64,000 nt of DNA from Tricharina praecox (Eukaryota). Location of the stretch: contig NW_026250433.1 in the NCBI RefSeq assembly GCF_024521635.1, positions 1 through 64,000 of the forward strand. The letters are read 5' to 3'. The position numbers and the translations under genes were made by a program. The notes beneath the pieces were generated by a model, which saw only the letters and a list, made by a program, of their open reading frames with translations, did no database searches and was not told the DNA's origin. Positions 24,392-35,501 of this stretch are shown piece by piece (position 1 is the first letter of the stretch; each line of letters starts with the position of its first letter).

Positions 24392-26849
24392 TCAAAACTC
24401 AGGAGTATCATAAGTCCCCTCCACATCCTCTCCGTTCGCCATGATGTACTCCCTCGTTTCATCGATCTTCTTCTGTAGCTGCTTCAGCAGATCATCCTTC
24501 CGGCCGGACTCTACGCCCGCCTTTTCGACCGCGTGCATGGCGACGTGGTAGCGGCTGACACCGTTGACGAGCAACATATCGAACGGCGTCGTTGTCGATC
24601 CTTGGGGCATTCATCAGCAAATCCATTATCCGTCATCTCAGGAGACGAGCCGGGGACAAACCTTCCTCCCTATACCCAGCCACCACCATCCTCTCGGCCA
24701 CCCTGTGCCGTCCAAACACCAATCCGGCAACATCGTTGACATAGCCGTGATAGTTCACGACGATTCCCTTATCACTCGTGAAGAGCTCATCGAACCCCTC
24801 GTCGGACAGCGCATGCGGATGGCTTCCGGTCGGCCCGAGCACCATCAGATCGGTAACGTTGACGACGCGCACTCGGATCTCCGGCGCCAGCTTCCGCAGC
24901 AGCGCGGCTGCGGCGACAACTTCGAACGTCACTTCCGTTCCGATGCCGACCAGGACCACGTCGGGTGATTCTACCGAGGCAAACTTCCACGCCGATGCGC
25001 CGGCGCGGCAGTGGGCGTCCGCCGCTTCGGGCGAGAGCCAGACGGGCGTCGGCTGTTTACTCCCGACCATGAGATTGGTGTAGTTCTTGCTGTTGAGGCA
25101 GTGGCGCATGGTGGAGAGGAAGCAATTCGCGTCCGGCGGGAGGTATACGCGGGCCATTTCCGGCTTGAGGTTCAGCACCGCGCCAATAAACGACGGGTTC
25201 TGGTGCGAGAACCCATTGTGCTCCTGCCGCGTCCACGTCGAGGTCTCGAGGTAGTTTATGCTCGCGTTCTGGTTGCGCCATGGCACTTCTTTGGCTAGCT
25301 TGACGAATTTGGAGTATTGTACCATCATCGTGTGCACTATGCCCAGGAAGCTCTCGTAGCTGGGGAAGAGCGCGGTGCGCCCCGTCAGCGTGTAGCCTTG
25401 GAGCAGCCCCTGGCACGTGTGTTCGCTCAGAATCTCGATCACCCGCCCGCCTTTGGCGCGGGAAAATTCGTCCCACTGGAAGTTTCGGCCCGTGTGGGAG
25501 AGCACAGCGGAGAGTTTGTTGCTTTCCAGCTCGTCGGGGGAGAAGATGCGGATTCCCTTCGGGTTGGAGGTGAAGACTTTATCGAGGTACTCGCCCACCA
25601 CTTTCATGGACGACGCCTGGCTGCCTTTTTCGACACCGAAGGAACGCCAGTCCGGTGCGCCGATAGGGTTGTACCCGTTGTAAGTGTCTTTCAGTTGGCC
25701 GATCGGTTGAGTGGGGATGAGATCCAGGATTTCCTGGACGGGGGCACCAGAGTCGTCGAACAACGTAGCGGGATCGTACGACCGCAGCCATCTCTGCACC
25801 ACTTGCCGTCCTTCGTTGTCCTTCTTCGCGTCCGGGATCGGGACCTGATGGCTGTGGAAGCTGCCCTCAATAAACTCCCCCTTGTACGTCTTTGGCCCCG
25901 TCCACCCCTTCGGCGTCCGCAAGATCAATACTGGCCACCTCGGTTTCACGATCGGGGTTCCCTCCCTGGCCGTCTTCTGGATCTTCCTGATCTCCGCCAC
26001 TGCCCAGTCCATACTGGCCGCCATGTCGGCATCAACTTCGTCCAACACCTCACCTACAAACCTAACCTGATATCCATAGCCGGTAAACAACGCAACGAGC
26101 TCCAGATCATCCATACACCCATAAATCGTCCTCTCGCTGATCTTGAACCCATTGACATGCACAATCGGAATCACCCCGCCACTTTCCTTGGGATCGAGAT
26201 ACTTGGCCGCATGCCACGCAGTCGCTGTCGGGCCCGTCTCCGCCTCTCCATCGCCCACAACGACAGTAACCAGCAAATCGGGCTTATCCATCACCGCACC
26301 GAAGGCGACGGCAAGCGCATACCCCAGCTCTCCGCCCTCATGGATACTCCCCGGCACAAGCGCATTGATATGACTCGGGAAGCCCCCTGGCGTGGAAAAC
26401 CCCGTGATCAACGCCTCGAGCCCCTTCCTATCCCTCGAATATTGAGGATAGAAGTGCGCTAGAGACCCCTCCAGCCACAGCGAGGACAATATCCCGGGAG
26501 CGCCGTGGCCGGGACCAACGACGTAGATCATGTCGCAGCCCGTGTTCTTTACCACCCGGTTGATGTGCGCATATACCAGTGTCAGCCCGGGACAGGTTCC
26601 CCAGTGTCCGAGCAGCCGCGGCTTGATGTCGTCGGATGTCAGGTCAGAGGTGACCAGGACGTTGCGGCGGAGAAAAATCATCGCTGCGGCGATGTAGTTT
26701 GCTGCGCGGCGGAAGCTGCGCAGCGAGTGCGCTTCGGAGGGGGTCAGGGCATTTTCGAGGGGGAGCTTGACTGAGAGGCCGGCCAGTGAGGAAGGGAGGG
26801 AGGAGGCGAGCGGCGCCGGGTCGGCGTGGTCGATTACTTCACCGGGCAT
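24392..26849 (-). CDS. xfp: Xylulose-5-phosphate/fructose-6-phosphate phosphoketolase, 798 aa
   Basis: Exons 26849-24662 and 24600-24392. GHWGT, GPGHG, HEGGELGY, GDGEAETG (ThDP), SEH, RQEHNGFSHQ, EEGSTTTPFDM. Confidence 0.96.
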
Positions 26850-27113
26850 GTTTATTTTTCGCGGCCGTGGGTGGTATGTATTGGTGAGTTGGGTTTCAGT
26901 TCGCAGTCGGAATGGAGGGAGTTGTACGTTTTATTCACGGGTTTGAGGTATGGAGAATCGTAGGTACTCCGGAAGATTTGGCCTGGCGTTTGATATGACG
27001 TTGTTTCTCTATCTTTCGTGATCGACATCTTGATCGTCGTTTCATGTATTTGGCGCCGGCTTCCCGGAACCCCGGTCACGACACGGGACAGCACTCCATG
27101 CCGTATGTCAATC

Positions 27114-27121
27114 TGACGTCA
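27114..27121. promoter_or_regulatory. CRE/ATF palindrome TGACGTCA in the xfp-ackA bidirectional promoter
   Basis: Exact palindrome plus four more TGACG half-sites within the 427-bp intergenic region. Confidence 0.5.
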
Positions 27122-27276
27122 CTTGACGGCTACTCCAAGAATAGTTTCATAGTTGACGGAATATTTACACGCCTATCATTTAAGATACCAGGTAGAAATG
27201 ATAGCTTTAATTGTTCTCGGTCGCTGGATATTCACAGTAAGGTGCTCTTGACGAAAAATCAATACGATAATCCAGC

Positions 27277-28644
27277 ATGGCCGACGACGCAAAGCCCCAC
27301 AGTAAAAAATCCCGCCTCATCCTTTCCATCAATGCCGGGAGCAGCAGCGTAAAGCTCTCGCTATACTCAGCGACGTTCGGCAGTGAGCCGGCTCCGCTGG
27401 TATCCTCTTCCATATCGGGGCTTACATCTCCACCGGCGGTGTTCTCCTATACCCACGTCTCGTCACCAGATTCGCCCTCGAACATCAAGAAGCAAGAGCT
27501 GAAGGATATCACCTCGCAAGATGCAGCGCTGCAGCACTTCCTCGAGCACATGGCGGCCGACGGGGCGCTGAAGGAGCTCGAGAGCGGGAGCGATATCGAC
27601 CTCGTGTGCCATCGCATCGTCCACGGCGGGGATTTCGACAAAGCCATGGTGCTGAGCAAAGAGACGATCCGGGAGATTGAAGATCTGACCGAGCTTGCGC
27701 CTCTGTAATCACTCCCTCCCTCTCGCACTCCTCATGTGGCCCGTAACTGACGATGTTTTTTTGTTTGCAGCCACAACGCCCCCGCCCTCGCCCTCGTCCA
27801 CATCGCCATCTCACAACTCCCGCATGCAAAGAACATCGCCTACTTCGACACGACCTTCCACTCGACGCTCTCGCCGGCAGTGCGCAGCTACATGGTCGCG
27901 CCCAAGAACCCAAAGGTGCGCAAATACGGTTTCCACGGGATCAGCTACTCCTTCATCCTGCACTCGGTAGCCGAGTACCTCGACCAGCCCATCGAGGAGA
28001 CGTCACTGATCGCCCTCCACCTCGGCTCTGGCGTGAGTGCGTGCGCGATCAAGAACGGCGCTAGCATCGACACCTCGATGGGGCTGACACCGGCGGAGGG
28101 CCTGCCCGGCGCGACACGCAGCGGGACCGTAGATCCAACGCTGGTCTTCCACACGACGTCGTCGGCGTCGTCGCTATCGCGCGCGAGCACGAGGGATATG
28201 CATATCACCAAGGCGGAAGACGTGCTGAACAATCACTCGGGGTGGGCCTCGCTCGCGGGCACGACGGATTTTTCAGAGATAGTTGCTGGGTGGGAGAAGG
28301 GCGGTGAGAAGGAGACGTTGGCGTTCGAGATCGTCGTGGATAGGATAGTGGGATATGTTGGTAGCTACTGGACGAAGCTGGGAGGCGAGTGTAATGCCCT
28401 GGTCTTCTCTGGGGGGATAGGTGAGAAGAGCTGGCAGCTGCGTAGGGAGGTCGCCGCGAGGTGCGCTTGTCTCGGGTTCAGGATCGAGGAGAGGAGGAAT
28501 AAGAGTGCGGAGGACAGGGAGGGGACGGTTGTGGGCATTGGAGGGGAGAGAATGGCGGATGAGGGCGGGAAGGTTCTGGTCTGTAGGACGGATGAGGAGG
28601 GGTGGATGGCCATGGAGTGTGCGATGGATGAGAGGTTTTGGTAG
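27277..28644 (+). CDS. ackA: Acetate kinase, 433 aa
   Basis: Exons 27277-27704 and 27771-28644. NAGSSSVK, HRIVHGG, LAPLHN, FDTTFH, YGFHGISY, HLGSG, DTSMGLTP, FSGGIGE, TDEE. Confidence 0.96.
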
Positions 28645-29758
28645 ATGTCCTGTGTATACGTCTGGGAGACTTTAAGACCTCGATCCCGCTCATACAGAGA
28701 AATCCCGGAGATCGAATCAAAGAGCTTTCCGTACACAAACCCAGTGTCTCCGTAAAGGGCCCTATTCTTCCATTCGGAGACAAAACCACTTTTGTAGGTT
28801 GACTCCTTTCATTTCCATGTGAACACTCCGCCAAGTACCAGTAGGGCGGACGGAAGGCCTCTTTGATGCCGGAGATCTCTTACGGATACACATGTTGGGT
28901 TAGACGATGCTCTCCGCTCCAATTTATTGTGCTATGATAAGTCGTAACCACCTCCATTTCGCCGTACGTTTTTTTTGTTGGACTGGACTGACCGATGGTG
29001 CCAAGCCAGTTGCTCTCCACACAAAATTCACTCTATCTCACTCATCCCGCTGCGTTGGGACTGGTAGTTCGTGAAATTGTAATGAAGGTAGTGACGATTT
29101 AAGGCTTCCTCCTTGGACATATCAAGTAACTTTGCCACTCTCAAGGTGGAGGGGAGTACCTTCCAGCTTATTTTGATATCTGGGGCCTCATAATTGGTGG
29201 CGGTTTTCTGGTTCCACTGCGGTGCAGTAGTGCCGTTGTTCGGAAGAGGACGCTGATTCATGGATTCCCACTCGAACAGCCAACTCCAAACAGTCTTCGG
29301 AAGAATTGGTCAGAGTACCGGGTACGAGTCAGGCCTGCTTAGCGAGATATGTAGTCGCAATAACCGGTGCCGTTGAACTAAACTACCTACCGCATAGGTA
29401 CATCATGTCCCGATTCGGCAATCTCGAATGCCCGAGTGACATCGTGTGGACGGCTAGGGACAGTTGAATCGTCACCGTTATTCTCGTGATACTTTCAACT
29501 TGTGTCTTCCTCGACTGGTTCTTCCAAAGCACGTTCAGGCTAGTCGTACTCGTCGACCGCACACAAACCCAATCAAATCGCGACGCCGATGCAACTGCAT
29601 CACGGCCGCCAATTCACCGGGACGACCTTTCCTTCCTTCCTTACCTTCACCACCATCACAAACGACGATTCACCACCGCCTGCGACGACTCAGCACCACC
29701 ACCGACTAAGACGATTCATCAACGACGATTCAGCGACAATCCTCCTCTAACCGCAAAA

Positions 29759-31043
29759 ATGGAAGCTTCTAACCGCCTCATCCGTTCCACGAGCGACAAG
29801 ATGCAGTCGATGCGCGTAAGTTGAACTTCCACTTCTACTTCCACTTCACTTCACTTCACATCTCTTCACATCGCATCGCATCACATCGGATCGCATCACA
29901 GTCATGTACACACCTGCGGAAGATCACCTTGCTGAAACTTCCCTCCAGCGCCGCATCTCGGATAAATTCTCCAAGTCGCCAGCTGGTAAAGACGACAACA
30001 TCGTCAAATCGAACTCAGAGTTCCACCCGGCTCCGGCCCAGATGCTCGTCGGAGTGAATCAGGATCGCATGCAGAAGACCCTCGACGCCTGGCTGATCTC
30101 GCCATCGGAGCACGGCTCCCTCTCCCCCACCACCACCCGGTCCTCCACCTCCACCGTAGCTACCACGTTCAACCGCTGCAGTAGCGATCAGACCTCGTCC
30201 ACCACCGGCACTACATTCCACCGTCGCCGCAGCGACCAGACATCGTCGGCCACCAGCACGCCCAACAACCGCCGCAGCAATCAGACCACGTCGACCACCG
30301 CCACCACCAACAACAGCAACAGCAAGAACCGCCACAGCAACAGCAAGACCACCGCATCCGCGTGCAGCAGCGACCTCAGCAGCAGCAGCAGTTCCTACTC
30401 GGTGTTCCCGAAGCCAGTCACGCTGGTGCCCGCCCCCAAGAGCATCCCCTACCAGCAGCTGTTGCACCAGTGCCGCGTGCTCCGGCACGAATGGCTCACG
30501 AGCCTTTCCAGCCTAGTGATGATCGCCGAGATGGGGGCGACGGGCCTAGAGATCCTGATGGCGCGCGCCATCTCCAGCGGCGGCACCATCACGTACGAGC
30601 TCAACGGGCTGGTGCACAGCTTTCGCGTGGTGCACACGGCGGTGCCGCGGCCGACGACGCAGCACACAAGGGTCGAGCTCCCCGCGCCGCTCACCGCCGC
30701 AGGAGCGTACTCGCTCGCGGAGTGCTGTGCCGCGTGGGCCGGCGTCGTCGCCGCGCTCGACGATGGCTTCGAGAAGTGGCTCGCTGTGTCCCCCGAGGCG
30801 GCCGTCGACGGCGCCAAGGGCTGTCTTAGCAGGCTGATGGCTATCCGCTCGGCGGTGGTGAGGACGGCTCCCAGGACTGAGGAGGGACCGGGAAGGAGGG
30901 GCGCGGAACACGACGCGGAGATCCTGCTGCAGAAGGGTGTTGTTGCGGATCTCAAGGCGAAGGTCGAGTCGGCCGGAGCCGAGTTCTTACGCAACATCCG
31001 GAGCGGCGAACTTCCGGGGGACCCGCAGGTGTTCACGACGTGA
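29759..31043 (+). CDS. Hypothetical protein with Ser/Thr-rich N-terminal half
   Basis: Exon 29759-29815, GTAAGT intron to 29948, then a long GC3-rich ORF to 31043. No recognised family. Confidence 0.7.
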
Positions 31044-31288
31044 TGGTGTGTCGGGATGTTTCCCCGGGCGGTATATAGCCAATTTTTTTTCCCACGTATC
31101 ATTACCCTATATGGGAAATGTTTTTTTCTTTTTGTTTTCAATTTACAGTGCTGCACTAGGAGAAAAATAGAAAGGTACACATGTTCTTTACGTGCCACAA
31201 TGCAAAGGTTTAGTTTGTTTCACAGATTTTCATTCGATCCCCCATCGCTGAGCGCTAATAGTACAGGAAAGCATCGCTGAGCCCGCGC

Positions 31289-31727
31289 TTACTTGGCTCC
31301 CATCTGCTCCAGCTTCTGCTCAGCACGGCCCTTGGCCTCGTCGCTGACGTTGGGGTTCTTGAGAGTAGCCTTGTAGCCACCTATACATCTCCACTGTCAG
31401 TGATCGATTCCTTTTACGAGTGGAGTAAAAACAGAGAGGGTGCATACCAATGACGTTGCCCGTGTTCTTGGAGCCGTCGTCGCCGCTGCCGCCGGCGGAA
31501 GACTTAGTCTCGCTACCGAGCTCGTCGAGGACCTGGCGGGAGTGCTCCTTGGCCTCCTCTGAGGTGTTGGGGTTCTTGAGGTTAGCCTTGTGGCCACCTG
31601 TGGATATGCACGAGCAGTCGTTAGCAAGAGATCTTCAGCTTCAAAGGAAGCGGGAAGGAGAGGGAGAGGGAGGCGAGCCGATGACGTTGCCGGTGGAGCG
31701 CTGGTTAATGGAGTCGGAGGTATCCAT
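31289..31727 (-). CDS. con-6: Conidiation protein 6 (Con-6) family protein, 96 aa, two Con-6 repeats
   Basis: Exons 31727-31679, 31597-31448, 31380-31289. GNVIGGHKANLKNPNTSEEAKEHS and GNVIGGYKATLKNPNVSDEAK. Intron 1 needs a GC donor. Confidence 0.88.
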
Positions 31728-32185
31728 CTTGTTTGATTCTTGTTGTATTGGGTTGTATTGGAAAGGGAGCAGGTGGATTTGCGTTGTATATAGATGTGGT
31801 GAGTGAGATCGAGTGGTTGATGGAGGTTGGAAAGAAAGGACGAAAAGCTCCACCTTATATTGATTCGCGAATGCCTCTCTCCTGCAAGATCATCGTCCGT
31901 GACGTCGCAATCACCTCAGCGGCTTGCGGGGGAACAATCGCGATGCATCATCACCATCAGCATCAGCATTACCATCGCCAATGAGCACGTACGGTATCTA
32001 CGGTGACGATGGCAACGAGGGAGAGCGGAAGTGATGCCCCGAGCTGAGACAGCGATTGCCCGCAAAAAAAAAAAGTGCACACGCCACGATTAAATCCGGA
32101 GAGTCATGATGTATTCTCTTCGCTGCTTCTGGTGTCGTGGTTTGTATGTAGTGTAGCGTGAGCACGTTGCTTGCTTGCGCGCATG

Positions 32186-32193
32186 TGACGTCA
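32186..32193. promoter_or_regulatory. CRE/ATF palindrome TGACGTCA upstream of the first Con-6 gene
   Basis: Exact palindrome ~460 bp upstream of the ATG; near-match TGACGTCG at ~31900. Confidence 0.45.
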
Positions 32194-33158
32194 AGACTAT
32201 TGCGCCGGAGCCAATGAGCGGCGATAGCCTTAGTTAGCCTTCCCGTTGCTCTGCGTGGCGGGATGTAGATCCCCCGCACGGCGCACGCATCTCCCTTATG
32301 TAACTACTAGTTAGTACCAGCACAGAGTCCAACGCCGCAAGGCGGGAAACTGTACATAGATCACGTATGCGTGCGGACAAAGCGCCGGGGTGCTTTCTTT
32401 AGCCCCGATCATGGCATCGCCGACCACTGCAGCGGGATCTTCAATATTTCAGAGAAGGAATCACCGGCTTAGAAGGTGAGATACTGATCTCTGGGCTGTT
32501 TCCGGTCTGGGCGTTTGCTCACAGGGCTCTGCGCCGGACAATAGTCCGGACCACCACCAGCTGGCCTGCGCAGCCGAGTTTGAAGCGGCTCGGAATGCCA
32601 GCGGCGCTGGAAACTGCCTCCATACAGCCCCGGTATGGTGGTGGTGCGGCGGTGCCAAGCAACGCTGAGCCAGCCGAAGCACCGGCGAAATCGCGCCAGG
32701 CCTGTGCTCTGATGTACCCAGCTATGCCTCGGCACCGTGCGTACCGATCCCCCGTGGAAGGAGCAGCGGGCCGATTCAATGTGGCCGGAAGCTAGCAAGG
32801 CAATCGCATCACGATATCACCAGCTTAGGTACATGATAGTGTCCTTGCGTGCCCCACTTACGGAAGATCGGAGAGAGGGCCATTGAGCCGTCGGACATGG
32901 TGGATCGGGAGAGGGGGAGTGGGGCAAGTGTAATCTTCTCGTGCAACGACTCCAGAGCAGGTTACAATATAGGATTTACTGTATAAAACTTGTCATGATA
33001 CGAACGGTCGGATGAAATAGGTTGAAAATTACGGGCCTCAATCCCAAGTATTACAGAGTCTGCTAATTACAATAAAGAAAAAAATACATTTCCACCCCTT
33101 TCCGTCTTTCTCGCGTACGTTTTATAATCGTACACTCCTAGGAGACCTCCTGGTGCTC

Positions 33159-33565
33159 TTAGAAGTCCTCACTCTCCAACCTCTCCTTAGCACGCTCCTT
33201 CGTCTCTGGCTTTACATTGGGATTGCTGATTGTGGCCTGGGGAACTCCATTAGCCAGTTATCTCACTCGCAACCGAAAGCTAGGATTATGCTCACCTTGA
33301 GCCCGCCCTCAACGTTCCTAGGGTTGGGTTCGCCCCCGTGCGAAGCGGCAGCGGAAAATTTCTCGGTATCGCCGCCTTCGAACTCGCGGTCGAGAACCTC
33401 CTTCGAGTGTTTCTTCGACTCTTTCGAAGTATTGGGATTGTTCAGGTTCGCCTTGTGGCCGCCGATGACATTCCCGGGGTTCGGCATTGCGGCGAGCGGA
33501 GCGGTCGAGAAGCTGCGGATGGCGTTGGTTGCGGCGGGGATGAGAGATTGGACGAGGCGGGACAT
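33159..33565 (-). CDS. Con-6 family protein with mitochondrial-presequence-like extension, 115 aa
   Basis: Exons 33565-33296 and 33236-33159. MSRLVQSLIPAATNAIRSFSTAPLAA then MPNPGNVIGGHKANLNNPNTS...NVEGGLKATISNPNV. Confidence 0.88.
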
Positions 33566-34099
33566 TGTTTTGTTTGTCGGTTTTCTGAGTGCGAGGATTC
33601 AGTCGATGAAGGGCCGATGCTGAGAGGGATCCGAAGCGGGATATTTATGCTGCCAAACAATCAGTGAGGTAATCGTGATTGCAGGCCGTAGTTATGCGGC
33701 CATGACGAAGATCACGTGCATCGGTTGATGTAAGAATGATGAAAGTTGGGTTCCACCGGCGAACGGCAAAACGCTGCTGCCTCCATGTAGTCTGTTCTGC
33801 GAAAGGTCGGGTAGAGACAAGAGTGTAGAGTGCCGATTGTATGACACGTGCTTCGATGAACATATGTACGTACAATTCCAGTAAATACATGAGCGCGAGA
33901 AACAGCGATGAACGCTAACTAAATGTGAGAAACCCCCCATACTCCAAGCCATCTTCTCCGAATCATCCAATACAGCATCAACACGCTGAGCCAGCTCACA
34001 GTGTTAATCCGATACGCACACGAGCTAGTGTTTCGTTTGCGATTAGCCATGGATTGGAGCTCGAGAGGCTGAGTAGGGACTTACTCTAATTTACAGTTC

Positions 34100-35501
34100 T
34101 TAGCGGCATGCGTACCACTTGGATGAACAGGCACTGACCGAGCGGCCAGTGTGAAATCTGTCATTCACCGCCACCGCAACATTGTACCATGAAAGACCGG
34201 CCGTCCTTTGAGTCTTCATGAATATCTCCTCTTCGCGCGACCACCGGGCACCACTCGAAGTGCTGGGAGGACAGCCTCTGCTGGAGAAATATGGTGTCGG
34301 ATATTCGAACTCCAATTGGCGTCGATTCCGCCTTTTCTCTTCCCTCTCCTCTTTCTTCCTCTCCTCTCTCCTCCTCTCCTCTTCCCTCTCCTCTTTCTTC
34401 CTCTCCTCTCTCCTCCTCTCCTCCTCCCTCTCCTCTTCCTCCCTCTTCTCTCTCCTCCTCTCCTCTCTCCTCCTCTCCTCCCTCTTCCTATCCTCTATCT
34501 GCCTCTCCCATTCAGCCTCGGCCTTCATCCACTCCTTCTTGATCCGCTTTCTTTGTGCCTTCCTGGCCGCTTTATCTTTGTCTGAGTTTTCATCTTCGCT
34601 CTCGTCTGAGGATGAGTCTGCGTTTTCATCTTCGCTCTCGTCTGAGGATGAGTCTGCGTTTTCATCTTCGCTCTCGTCTGAGGATGAGTCTGCGTTTTCA
34701 TCTTCGCTCTCGTCTGGGGATGAGTCTGCGTTTTCATCTTCACTCTCGTCTGAGGATGAGTCTGAGTCCTCCTTCTTGGGTCTTTCCTCCTCTGTTCTTC
34801 TGAGCTTTTCGGCCTCCTGCTCCTCCTTCCGTATTTCCTCCTCTGTTCTTCTTATCTCCTCGGCCTCCTGCTCCTCCTTCCGTATTTTCTCCTCTGTTCT
34901 TCTTATCTCCTCGGCCTCTCTCCGCCGGCTCTCCTCCATCTTCTTCGGCAGCGCCTCGTTATTCTTCAACTTCCCAAAAAGCATGTCGAATATCTCCTCG
35001 GCCCTCGTCTTCGGGTTCTCGTTGGCCGCCGCGTTCTTGGCTGCGTCGCTCGCCTTTCTCTGTTTCTCCCTCTGCGCTGAAGCCGCCTTCTGCTCGGCGT
35101 TCTTGTTGCGCTCATGTTCTACCGTGCGCCCTCATCAGTACCGCACCCACGACGAATGAAAAAAAAAGGATGAATCATGACCAACCAAGATCCCACTGTT
35201 CTCCCTTAATCCCACTAAACCCACATCTGATCTCATAGTTTCTCCTACTCTCGGGATTGCTGAGGCACTGATATGCTTCGTTGACCTTTTTTTCTCCGTC
35301 AGGTCGCCACAGCCACCACCCCATCACATAGTGCAAAGCCACCTTCTGGAAAAGCTGAGTACACTCCCTCTTCTTCGACGCGGGGCAACGATCCGGATGT
35401 GCCAACCGGGACGCGGCGAAATACGCCACGCGGATGTCGCGGGGGCTGCCCGAGGGCGCGGCGCCGAGCGTGCAGTAGTAGCAATTCGGTTGGTGACGCA
35501 T
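34100..35501 (-). CDS. J-domain protein with charged tandem repeats and a C-terminal Myb/SANT-like motif, ~425 aa
   Basis: Exons 35501-35343, 35285-35186, 35118-34100. YYCTLG..AHPDR..FQKVNEAYQCLSNPESRRNYE; 5x DSSSDESEDENA; WSREEE..GLSW..VA..RSVSACSSKW. Confidence 0.75.

Noticed and set aside
25317..26462. 381-aa + ORF and similar long antisense ORFs (17161-17991, 30449-31198, 34218-35159)
   Set aside because: Antisense shadows of GC3-rich or repetitive real genes.
28740..29400. Coding-like minus fragments (also 23727-24175)
   Set aside because: Interrupted by stops and no recognisable family.
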